Shown here: positions 45,694 through 54,061 of the stretch, one piece after another
How positions within the stretch are numbered: position 1 is the first letter of the stretch
Layout: every line of letters starts with the position of its first letter
NCBI GenBank assembly: GCA_903904755.1
Contig: CAIVDV010000045.1
Location: forward strand, 43,284-107,283
Length of the DNA stretch: 64,000 nt
Direction of reading: 5' to 3'
From: an uncultured Acidobacteriaceae bacterium
Lineage (GTDB): Bacteria > Acidobacteriota > Terriglobia > Terriglobales > Acidobacteriaceae
Program-made: the position numbers and the translations under genes
Notes under the pieces: model-generated
Seen by the model: only the letters and a program-made list of their open reading frames with translations
Databases searched by the model: none
Told to the model about the DNA's origin: nothing

Positions 45694-46929
45694 ATGTCTT
45701 TTCGCTCGGTATTTGTTGCCATTGTTTTGGCATTTGCGCTTATTTTGTCTGCCTTCCTGATTAATCGTCAGCGCCCGAAGGTGGAGACGAGCCAGCCTAC
45801 AGCGGATTTTGTGAAAGCGAGCGGCAAGTGCGCGGAGTGCCATGCGCGTCTACAGTACTCCGTGGTGCATGAGTATGAGATGAGCGCGCACGCCAAGAAG
45901 GGCGTGAACTGCCTGGACTGCCACCAGCCGGCGAAGGGACAGCAGAGCCAGGATCATCACGGATTTGTGATTTCGACGCATTTGACCTCGGGCAACTGCC
46001 GGGGGTGCCACGAGGATGTGTACAAGGAGTTTGAGCACAGCCGGCATGCAGCGCCGTCGTGGGCGGCGATTTATGGGGAAAAGGGTCTGACGCCGGAGCA
46101 GGTGAGCTTCTCAGAGCAGTTCCAGCCGGGGGGGACGAAGCGACCACCGCATCCGTTTGTGACGGCCGAGGGCGGGTCAGCGATGGTGTCTGGCTGCGAG
46201 CAGTGCCACGCGATTGGCAAGCCGAATGACGACGGAACGATTGGCCGCTGCACGGATTGCCATTCCCGGCATACGAGCTCGGTTGCGCTGGCGAGGCGGC
46301 CTTCAACCTGCGCGCAGTGCCACATGGGGCCGGACCACTCACAGATTGAGATTTATGACGAGTCGAAGCATGGGGTGATGTTCCAGGCGCAGGAGAATCT
46401 TCTGAACCTGAACGCTGAGCCGAAGTCGCTGACGACGCGGGATATGTTTGTGCCGACATGCGCGACCTGCCACATGTCCGGGCTGAATGGGCTGAAGGTG
46501 ACACATGACCCGTCGGAACGGCTGGGGTATTACCTGGCGGATGCGGTGACAACGAAGCGGCCGGATTCGCTGCGGGCGCAGGCCAACATGAAGCAGGTTT
46601 GCTCGCAGTGCCATACGGAGAAGCTGATTGAGCGGGTGTACACGCAGGGGGATGCCGTGGTGGTGTCAACCAACGCAAAGGTGCAGCATGCCAAGGAAAT
46701 CATGGATGGTTTGCGCAAGGATGGGGTGCTGACGGGCAAGCCGTTCTCGAACCCGATTGACTTTGTCTACTTTGACCTGTGGCACTATGACGGGCGTACG
46801 TCGAAACACGGCGCGTTTATGGGCGGGGCGGACTTTGTGCAGTGGCACGGGAACTATCCGATGCTGCAGAAGACGGTGGAACTGGAGAAGATGGCAGCCG
46901 ACCTGCGGAGGGACCATGGCCGCAAATAG
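45694..46929 (+). CDS. Octaheme c-type cytochrome, hydroxylamine oxidoreductase (HAO) family-like, N-terminal membrane anchor or signal
   Basis: Eight CxxCH motifs (CAECH, CLDCH, CRGCH, CEQCH, CTDCH, CAQCH, CATCH, CSQCH). HAO-like segments RPSTCAQCHMGPDHSQIEIYDESKHG and DLWHYDGRTSKHGAFMGGADFVQWHG. The ATG at 45694 lies inside the track ORF. Confidence 0.8.
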   Translation: MSFRSVFVAIVLAFALILSAFLINRQRPKVETSQPTADFVKASGKCAECHARLQYSVVHEYEMSAHAKKGVNCLDCHQPAKGQQSQDHHGFVISTHLTSGNCRGCHEDVYKEFEHSRHAAPSWAAIYGEKGLTPEQVSFSEQFQPGGTKRPPHPFVTAEGGSAMVSGCEQCHAIGKPNDDGTIGRCTDCHSRHTSSVALARRPSTCAQCHMGPDHSQIEIYDESKHGVMFQAQENLLNLNAEPKSLTTRDMFVPTCATCHMSGLNGLKVTHDPSERLGYYLADAVTTKRPDSLRAQANMKQVCSQCHTEKLIERVYTQGDAVVVSTNAKVQHAKEIMDGLRKDGVLTGKPFSNPIDFVYFDLWHYDGRTSKHGAFMGGADFVQWHGNYPMLQKTVELEKMAADLRRDHGRK

Positions 46930-47857
46930 GCTGGTGGCGAAGGGATTGCGGGTGCTGCGGCTGGGACTGGACGATCCGCGGCTGGAGTGGGCGTATACGC
47001 CGGAGTTGTGGCTGGAGCTGTTTGTGATGGTGAACCTGGCGATTCTGGCGGGGGATATCTATCTTGCGCACTCGGTGAACCACTTCAGGAAGTCGGCGGA
47101 GTATATTCCGCTGTACTTTTCCGGGGCGGCGCCTGTGGTGCTGCTGGCGGGTGTGGTGCTGCGATGGGGACGGGGGTACGTGGCGGCGTGGCGGGATTTG
47201 GGATATCTGGTGGGGTGGTTGGCGATTCTGGTGGGCCTGGGTGGGGTGCTGTATCACCTGGGGAGCCGGTTCTTTCTGGATCACACGATTCAGAGTCTGA
47301 CCTATGCAGCGCCGTTTGCGGCACCGCTGGCGTACGCGGGGTTGGGATTCCTGCTGCTGGTGAACCGGATGGTTCCGGCGCGGAGTGCGGAGTGGGCGCG
47401 GTGGGTGGTGTTTCTGGCGCTGGGCGGGTTCTTTGGGAACTTTGTGCTTTCGCTGACGGATCATGCGTCGAATGGATTCTTTGCGCATACGGAGTGGATA
47501 CCGGTGATTTCGTCGGCGTTTGCCACGGGTTTCCTGGTGGTTCCGCTGGTGCTGTCGACGGGGAGGCGCTTCCTGGACCTTTGCCTGGTCATTATGGCCG
47601 GACAGGCGCTGGTGGGGGTGGTGGGCTTCTGGTTCCACATGGAGGCGAACCTGGTGGAGCCGGGGAGCAACCTGTTTGACAAGATGGTGAACGGAGCGCC
47701 GCCGATGGCGCCGCTGCTGTTTCCGAACCTGGTTGGGCTGGCGCTGATAGGCTTGTGGGCGCTGACGCCGCATCTGCCTGACGGGACGGGGCAGTCGTGG
47801 CTGGGCCGGGCGTATGTGTGGGTGCATGCGACGGGCGAGGGGACGGAGGAGGACTGA
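46916..47857 (+). CDS. Integral membrane protein (about 8 TM, internally duplicated, conserved His pairs); candidate b-type haem/quinone-interacting partner
   Basis: Overlaps the cytochrome gene by 14 nt. The two halves share H-x2-N-x-F...E-[YW]-IP, G..[YF]H[LM] and AP..APL patterns. Confidence 0.7.
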   Translation: MAANRLVAKGLRVLRLGLDDPRLEWAYTPELWLELFVMVNLAILAGDIYLAHSVNHFRKSAEYIPLYFSGAAPVVLLAGVVLRWGRGYVAAWRDLGYLVGWLAILVGLGGVLYHLGSRFFLDHTIQSLTYAAPFAAPLAYAGLGFLLLVNRMVPARSAEWARWVVFLALGGFFGNFVLSLTDHASNGFFAHTEWIPVISSAFATGFLVVPLVLSTGRRFLDLCLVIMAGQALVGVVGFWFHMEANLVEPGSNLFDKMVNGAPPMAPLLFPNLVGLALIGLWALTPHLPDGTGQSWLGRAYVWVHATGEGTEED

Positions 47858-48415
47858 ATGATTCAGATTGGAGCACGGCCGGATGCGGGGTTTGAGGACC
47901 CGATTGGGATGATGATGGACTGCCACAGGCGGATTGAGCGGTTTCTGGATGTGTTGGACCGGGTGGCGCATGGGGCGGTGGGGCGGGAGATGACTACGGT
48001 GGAGGCCGAGGCGGTGGCGGCGGCGCTGAAGTACTTTGAGGAGTCCGGACCCCGGCATAATGCGGACGAGGAGGAGTCTCTGTTTCCGCGAATGCGGGAG
48101 TTGGCGAGGCGGGAGCCAGGGGCGCGGGAGAGGATTGGCCGGGCGCTGGAGGAGATTGACCGGCTGGAGCGGGAGCACGTGGAGGCTGGGGCGATTCATG
48201 CGGCGGTTGGGGCGTGGTATGCACGGTGGCTGCGTGGCGAGGTTCCAGACGAAGGGGCGGGAAGGGAACTGGCGGGAGAGACGGGCAAGCTGCGAGATAT
48301 GTATTCCAGGCATATTCAGGCGGAGGAGGAGCTGGTGTTTCCGCTGGCGGCGCAGGTGCTGGATTCGGCGGAGATTGCAGCAGCAGGGCGTGAGGTGGAG
48401 GCGCGTCGGCGGTAG
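47858..48415 (+). CDS. Hemerythrin-like (HHE cation-binding) domain protein
   Basis: MMDCHRRIERFLD, HNADEEESLFP, EREH and HIQAEEELVFP carry the H/E ligand pattern of hemerythrin-like di-iron domains. Starts immediately after the previous stop. Confidence 0.8.
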   Translation: MIQIGARPDAGFEDPIGMMMDCHRRIERFLDVLDRVAHGAVGREMTTVEAEAVAAALKYFEESGPRHNADEEESLFPRMRELARREPGARERIGRALEEIDRLEREHVEAGAIHAAVGAWYARWLRGEVPDEGAGRELAGETGKLRDMYSRHIQAEEELVFPLAAQVLDSAEIAAAGREVEARRR

Positions 48416-48721
48416 GAGCGAGGCTTGTGGTGGGCGGGGGGCGCGCGCCGGGTGCACTGAAAGTAGTGCTGTTGGGGAGGGGCCGGGGAGGGATTTGAGG
48501 GTGGCTGGAGGGGATTTGCGGATGGGGTCGGAAGCATCCTGAGCCAGTCCCACAGATTGGTATAACCCACGTAGATCAAGGCTTTTCACGATACCAAAGC
48601 TGTATCTGTCACGCCGTGGCGTGCGCGCGGTCACACCCTGGCGAGCGGTGTGAGCGGGACACTGGCAGAGGTCAGCGCGGACGTGAGAACTGCTTTGTGC
48701 CGCCTGACGGACGGAGCTGGA

Positions 48722-51700
48722 ATGAGCGACAAGCCTAAAGTGATTCTTGACGGAAACGAGGCGGCAGCCTCGGTAGCGTACCGTCTCTCGGAAGTGGTAG
48801 CGATCTATCCCATTACGCCTTCATCCCCGATGGCGGAATGGGCTGACCAGTGGCTCTCAGAGGGCCGCCGGAACATCTGGGGTGCCCTGCCGCTGGTGGA
48901 AGAGCTGCAGAGCGAAGGCGGGGCCGCCGGCGCGCTGCATGGCGCATTGCAGGCAGGCGCCTTTGGCACGACGTTCACGGCATCGCAGGGACTGCTGCTG
49001 ATGATTCCGAACATGTTCAAGATTGCCGGCGAGCTGACTCCGGCGACGATGCATGTGACTGCGCGAACGATTGCGACGCATGCGCTTTCGATTTTTGGCG
49101 ATCACTCGGACGTGATGGCCTGCCGGTCGACGGGCTGGGCGATGCTGGCTTCGAACGATGTTCAGGAAGTAGCGGACATGGCGCTGGTGGCGCAGATTGC
49201 CACGCTGGATACTCAGGTGCCGTTCCTGCACTTCTTTGACGGCTTCAGGACCTCGCATGAAGTGGGCAAGATTGAACCGATTGCCGATGAGACGATCAAG
49301 GCGCTGATCAACGAAGAGTCGCTGCTGCGCTTCCGCATGAAGGCGCTGAACCCGAATCGGCCGACGCTGCGGGGTACGGCGCAGAATCCGGATGTGTTCT
49401 TCCAGGCGCGGGAAGCCTGCAATCCGTATTACACGGAGACGCCAGGCAAGGTGCAGGCGATTATGGACAAGCTGGGCGACCTGGTTGGCCGCCGCTACCG
49501 CTTGTTCGACTATTACGGTGCGCCGGACGCGGACCGGGTGATTGTAATGATGGGCTCGGGCGCGACAGCGGCGGAAGAGGCTGTGGACGTGCTGAATGCA
49601 GCCGGAGCGCGGCTTGGCCTGGTGAAGGTGCGGCTGTATCGGCCGTTTGACGCGGCGGCGATGATTGCCGCACTGCCGAAGACGGTGAAGGCGATTGCCG
49701 TGCTGGACCGTACCAAGGAGCCGGGCGCGATGGGCGAGCCGCTCTACCAGGATGTGATTACGTCGCTGGCAGAGAGCATGAACTCGCTGCCGTTTGCCCC
49801 GCCGGTAGTGATTGGCGGACGCTACGGGTTGAGCTCGAAGGAGTTTACGCCGGCGATGGTGAAGGCGGTGTATGACGAACTGGCCAAGCTGGAGCCGAAG
49901 AACCACTTTACGGTGGGCATTGACGACGATGTGACGCACCTGAGCCTGGAGTACGATCCGGAGTTTTCGACGGAAGATCCGAAGACGGTGCGTGCGCTGT
50001 TCTACGGACTGGGTTCGGACGGCACGGTGGGTGCGAACAAGAACTCGATCAAGATCATCGGATCGGAGACGGACAACTACGCGCAGGGCTACTTTGTGTA
50101 TGACTCGAAGAAGTCTGGTTCGATGACGACTTCGCATCTGCGCTTTGGGCCGAAGCCGATTCGTTCGAGCTATTTGATTACGAAGGCGAGCTTTGTGGCC
50201 TGCCACAACTTCAGCTTCCTGGAGAAGATCAACGTGCTGGAGTGCGCGATGCCGGGCGCGGTGTTCCTGCTGAACTCGCCGTATTCTGCGGCTGAGGTTT
50301 GGGACAAGCTGCCGCTGACGATTCAGCACGAGCTGCGGGCACGCAAGATTCAGTTCTACGTGATTGACGGCTTTACGGTGGCGCGAGCGGCGGGCATGGG
50401 AACGCGCATCAACACGATCATGCAGACCTGCTTCTTCGCGATTTCAGGTGTGTTGCCGAGGGAAGAGGCGATTTACCAGATCAAGAAGGCGATCCAGAAG
50501 ACGTACGGCAAGCGTGGCGAAGCGGTGGTGCAGAAGAACTATGCTGCTGTGGATGCAGCGCTGGCGCATCTGGAGAAGGTGGAGATTCCGGCGGAGGATT
50601 CGTCGAGCTTTGACCTGGTGGCTTCGATTTCGGACAAGGCTCCGAAGTTTGTGCATGATGTGCTGGGCAAGATTGCCGGTGGACACGGCGACCTGCTGCC
50701 GGTGAGCGCGCTGCCTGCGGGTGGCACCTTCCCGACGGGTACGGCGCAGTGGGAGAAGCGGAACATTGCGCAGTTCATCCCGGTATGGGATGAGAGCCTT
50801 TGCATCCAGTGCGGCAAGTGCGTCCTGGTTTGCCCGCATGCCGTGATTCGGTCGAAGGTGTATGCCAGCGATGCGCTGGTGGGTGCGCCGGAGACGTGGA
50901 AGCAGGCGAAGCCGAAGTGGAAGGGCATGGAGAACGACCACTACACGCTGCAGGTTGCTCCGGAAGACTGCACGGGCTGTGCACTGTGCATTGAGGCTTG
51001 CCCGGTGAAGAGCAAGAGCGATGCCAGCCACAAGGCGATCAACATGGTGGCGCAGGAGCCGCTGCGGGCGAGCGAGCGCGACAACTGGGAGTTCTTTGAG
51101 AAGCTGCCTGAGGTGGACCGCTCGAAGCTGAACCATGGGCAGGTGAAGGACATCCAGTTGCTGCAGCCGCTGTTTGAGTTCTCAGGCGCGTGCTCTGGCT
51201 GCGGTGAAACGCCGTATGTGAAGCTGCTGACGCAGTTGTTTGGCGACCGGTTGTATATCGCGAATGCGACAGGCTGCTCGTCGATTTATGGCGGGAACCT
51301 GCCGACGACGCCGTATGCGGTGAATGCGCAGGGCCGCGGACCGACGTGGGCGAACTCACTGTTTGAAGACAATGCCGAGTTTGGCTTTGGCATGCGGGTG
51401 GCACTGGACCAGCAGCGCAGCTACGCAGAAACGGCGCTGAAGGCGCTGGCTCCGGCAGTGGGCGAGACACTGGTGGATTCAATTCTGGGCGCGGTGCAGA
51501 AGAGCGAGCCCGAGATTGAAGAGCAGCGGGCACGCATTGCGCTGCTGAACGAGAAGCTGGCGACGGTGGATACGGGAGATGCCCGGTTGCTGAAGGCAGT
51601 TTCGGATTCGCTGATTCGCAAGAGCGTTTGGATTCTGGGTGGTGACGGATGGGCGTATGACATCGGTTACGGCGGCCTGGACCACGTGCTGTGCAGCGGC

Positions 51701-52339
51701 AAGAACGTGAACGTGCTGGTGCTGGATACCGAAGTGTACTCGAACACGGGTGGTCAGGCCTCGAAGTCTACGCCACGCGGCGCGGTTGCGAAGTTTGCAG
51801 CCGGCGGCAAGCGGACGTCGAAGAAGGACCTGGCGATGGAGGCCATCAGCTACGGGTATGTGTATGTGGCCCGGGTGGCGATGGGCGGCAACGACACGGG
51901 CGTGGTGAAGGCGATGCAGGAGGCCGAGGCGTATGACGGGCCGTCGCTGATTATCGCGTACAGCCATTGCATTGCGCACGGTTACGACATTGTGCACGGA
52001 CTGGACCAGCAGAAGCTGGCGGTACAGTCTGGCTACTGGCCGCTGGTTCGGTATAACCCGGACCTTCGCGATACGGGCAAGAACCCGTTCCAGCTTGATT
52101 CGAAGGCACCGTCGATTCGGCTGAAGGAGTATGCGTATCGCGAGGCGCGGTATACGATGCTGGCCCGCAGCAATCCCAAGGTAGCTGAGGAGTTGCTGCG
52201 TGAGGCACAGGATGATGTGGAGCGTCAGTGGCGCGTCTACAGCTCGCGCGCCTCCATGCCTGGTCGCGGCGAAACCCCCAACATTGCACCACCGGAACCG
52301 GTTGCCCAGCCTCAGGTTGGGGCGGCAGGAGGAAAATAG
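48722..52339 (+). CDS. nifJ: Pyruvate:ferredoxin (flavodoxin) oxidoreductase, single-polypeptide type
   Basis: About 1205 aa. N-terminus ILDGNEAAASVAYRLSEVVAIYPITPSSPMAE, two 4Fe-4S motifs (CIQCGKCVLVCPH and CTGCALCIEACP), and the TPP motif GGDGWAYDIGYGG. The ATG at 48722 lies inside the track ORF. Confidence 0.93.
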   Translation: MSDKPKVILDGNEAAASVAYRLSEVVAIYPITPSSPMAEWADQWLSEGRRNIWGALPLVEELQSEGGAAGALHGALQAGAFGTTFTASQGLLLMIPNMFKIAGELTPATMHVTARTIATHALSIFGDHSDVMACRSTGWAMLASNDVQEVADMALVAQIATLDTQVPFLHFFDGFRTSHEVGKIEPIADETIKALINEESLLRFRMKALNPNRPTLRGTAQNPDVFFQAREACNPYYTETPGKVQAIMDKLGDLVGRRYRLFDYYGAPDADRVIVMMGSGATAAEEAVDVLNAAGARLGLVKVRLYRPFDAAAMIAALPKTVKAIAVLDRTKEPGAMGEPLYQDVITSLAESMNSLPFAPPVVIGGRYGLSSKEFTPAMVKAVYDELAKLEPKNHFTVGIDDDVTHLSLEYDPEFSTEDPKTVRALFYGLGSDGTVGANKNSIKIIGSETDNYAQGYFVYDSKKSGSMTTSHLRFGPKPIRSSYLITKASFVACHNFSFLEKINVLECAMPGAVFLLNSPYSAAEVWDKLPLTIQHELRARKIQFYVIDGFTVARAAGMGTRINTIMQTCFFAISGVLPREEAIYQIKKAIQKTYGKRGEAVVQKNYAAVDAALAHLEKVEIPAEDSSSFDLVASISDKAPKFVHDVLGKIAGGHGDLLPVSALPAGGTFPTGTAQWEKRNIAQFIPVWDESLCIQCGKCVLVCPHAVIRSKVYASDALVGAPETWKQAKPKWKGMENDHYTLQVAPEDCTGCALCIEACPVKSKSDASHKAINMVAQEPLRASERDNWEFFEKLPEVDRSKLNHGQVKDIQLLQPLFEFSGACSGCGETPYVKLLTQLFGDRLYIANATGCSSIYGGNLPTTPYAVNAQGRGPTWANSLFEDNAEFGFGMRVALDQQRSYAETALKALAPAVGETLVDSILGAVQKSEPEIEEQRARIALLNEKLATVDTGDARLLKAVSDSLIRKSVWILGGDGWAYDIGYGGLDHVLCSGKNVNVLVLDTEVYSNTGGQASKSTPRGAVAKFAAGGKRTSKKDLAMEAISYGYVYVARVAMGGNDTGVVKAMQEAEAYDGPSLIIAYSHCIAHGYDIVHGLDQQKLAVQSGYWPLVRYNPDLRDTGKNPFQLDSKAPSIRLKEYAYREARYTMLARSNPKVAEELLREAQDDVERQWRVYSSRASMPGRGETPNIAPPEPVAQPQVGAAGGK

Positions 52340-52341
52340 CC

Positions 52342-53355
52342 ATGGATATCACTACACAGTACCTGGGTTTTACGCTGAAGAGTCCGATTGTCGTGGCGGC
52401 CACTCCGTTGTCGCAGCCGCCGGGCAATGCCCGCAGGATGGAAGACAGCGGTGCTGGAGCGATTGTTCTGCACTCGTTGTTTGAAGAGCAGCTGATTCTG
52501 GAATCGGCTGCTCTGGATGCGGATTTGTCTCGCGGCACGGAGTCGTTTCCTGAGTCGCTTGGCTACCTGCCTGATCTGCATGATTACCGGATGACGCACG
52601 AGGTCTACCTGGATCACTTGAGGGCGGTGAAGGAATCTGTGGAGATTCCTGTCATCGCCAGCCTGAACGGTGCGACGCCGGGCGGGTGGGTGCGATTTGC
52701 CAAGGAGATTGAGCAGGCGGGAGCGGACGCGATTGAGCTGAATACTTTCGCGCTGGCGACTGACCCGCGGGTGACGGCTGCCGATACGGAAGACCAGATG
52801 ATTGAGCTGGTGGAGTCGGTGGTGAATTCGGTGAAGGTTCCGGTTGCGGTGAAGCTGTCGCCGTTCTACACGAGCCTGCCGCATGTGGCGGCACGGCTGG
52901 ACCAGAGCGGGGCGCGGGGGCTGGTGTTGTTCAACCGGTTCTACCAGCCGCAGTTTGACATCGAGAACCTGGAAGTGAAGCCAAGTCTGCACTTCTCGGT
53001 TTCGAGCGAGTTGCCGCTGCGGCTGCACTGGGTGGCGATTCTGTTCGGGCATATTCGGGCGGAGATGGCGGTGACCGGTGGCGTGTACTCGGCGAAGGAT
53101 GTGCTGGAGTGCATTATGGCGGGCGCGAATGTGGCGATGATGGCCTCAGCCCTGCATGTGCATGGGATTGAGCACATTGGGCGAGTGCTGCAGAACTTGC
53201 AGCAGTGGATGCACGACCACAGCTACGAGTCGATCAGCCAGATGTGCGGCAGCCTGAGCCGGCGGTATGCGCCAGACAGCTCGCCTTATGACCGTGGGAA
53301 CTACATCAAGACACTGAGTTCCTATACGCTGCGGGACACAACTTCGGTCTTCTAA
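52342..53355 (+). CDS. Dihydroorotate dehydrogenase-like (class 1 DHOD fold) protein
   Basis: LKSPIVVAATPLS...IELN...PVAVKLSPF...LVLFNRFYQP fit a TIM-barrel flavoenzyme pattern. The ATG at 52342 is 3 nt after the PFOR stop. Confidence 0.75.
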   Translation: MDITTQYLGFTLKSPIVVAATPLSQPPGNARRMEDSGAGAIVLHSLFEEQLILESAALDADLSRGTESFPESLGYLPDLHDYRMTHEVYLDHLRAVKESVEIPVIASLNGATPGGWVRFAKEIEQAGADAIELNTFALATDPRVTAADTEDQMIELVESVVNSVKVPVAVKLSPFYTSLPHVAARLDQSGARGLVLFNRFYQPQFDIENLEVKPSLHFSVSSELPLRLHWVAILFGHIRAEMAVTGGVYSAKDVLECIMAGANVAMMASALHVHGIEHIGRVLQNLQQWMHDHSYESISQMCGSLSRRYAPDSSPYDRGNYIKTLSSYTLRDTTSVF

Positions 53356-53369
53356 GCGGGCCGCAATAC

Positions 53370-53421
53370 CAGAAAGGCGCTGTGAGCTACTCCTCGGCTC
53401 ACAGCGCCTTTCTGGCGTTTT
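53370..53421. terminator. Strong terminator between convergent genes
   Basis: 18-bp perfect stem CAGAAAGGCGCTGTGAGC / GCTCACAGCGCCTTTCTG, followed by GCGTTTTGGGG. Confidence 0.8.
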
Positions 53422-53439
53422 GGGGATGTGTGAAAAACG

Positions 53440-53928
53440 TTACTTCCTGGCGGAACCCTTCGGCTTGTTGAGGGCGAATCCGGCGGCAAAGCCGTAGGCC
53501 ATGAGGGCAGTGGCGGGCCAGGTTCCGACGAGGCGGCCCTGACCGTCGATGAGGCCGCTGTCTTCAGAGGTACTGAAGAAGGTGAGCAGAATCTTCTGGG
53601 TGGCATCGCAGTGGTAGCACTGGTTGGGGCCGGTGGGCATGTCGAGAACCCAGAGGCAGATGATGAGGAACCAGATGAGGCCGATGAGCCAGACGTGGGG
53701 CGCCATCTCGTTCTGCTTGGCCTTGGTGAAGAGAAAACCGACGATGGCCGGGAAGGCGAATGCGAGGGCCCAGGTGATGGCGGCGGGGACATTCTGGGGG
53801 TTCATGAGGGTGATGGCGGCCATCATGGCGACCCAGGAGCCAAAGGCGACCAGGGTGTGAATCAGGATCCACAGTGCCTGTTTTCCAATGTTTGGTCCCT
53901 GCTCATCCTGCATGGTCAATTCGGTCAT
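53440..53928 (-). CDS. Hypothetical membrane protein (about 4 TM)
   Basis: MTELTMQDEQGPNIGKQALWILIHTLVAFGSWVAMMAAITL... with hydrophobic helices. I recognise no family. Start chosen at the complement of 53926-53928. Confidence 0.6.
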   Translation of the reverse strand: MTELTMQDEQGPNIGKQALWILIHTLVAFGSWVAMMAAITLMNPQNVPAAITWALAFAFPAIVGFLFTKAKQNEMAPHVWLIGLIWFLIICLWVLDMPTGPNQCYHCDATQKILLTFFSTSEDSGLIDGQGRLVGTWPATALMAYGFAAGFALNKPKGSARK

Positions 53929-54061
53929 CCCGAAACCCCTCCGAGGCGTGTTGTTGTAACACCCCAAGTGTACGCGATGGCCGGGGTGGTGAACACAGGG
54001 ATGATGGCCCACTTTTGGGGGAGTCTGGAGGGGAGCGGCCCTGTGGTTCTAAAATGAAGGC

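Noticed and set aside
46817-48634. 605-aa minus-strand ORF spanning the cytochrome, membrane-protein and hemerythrin genes.
   Set aside because: It is an Arg/Pro/His/Gln-rich shadow frame antisense to three well-supported + strand genes.
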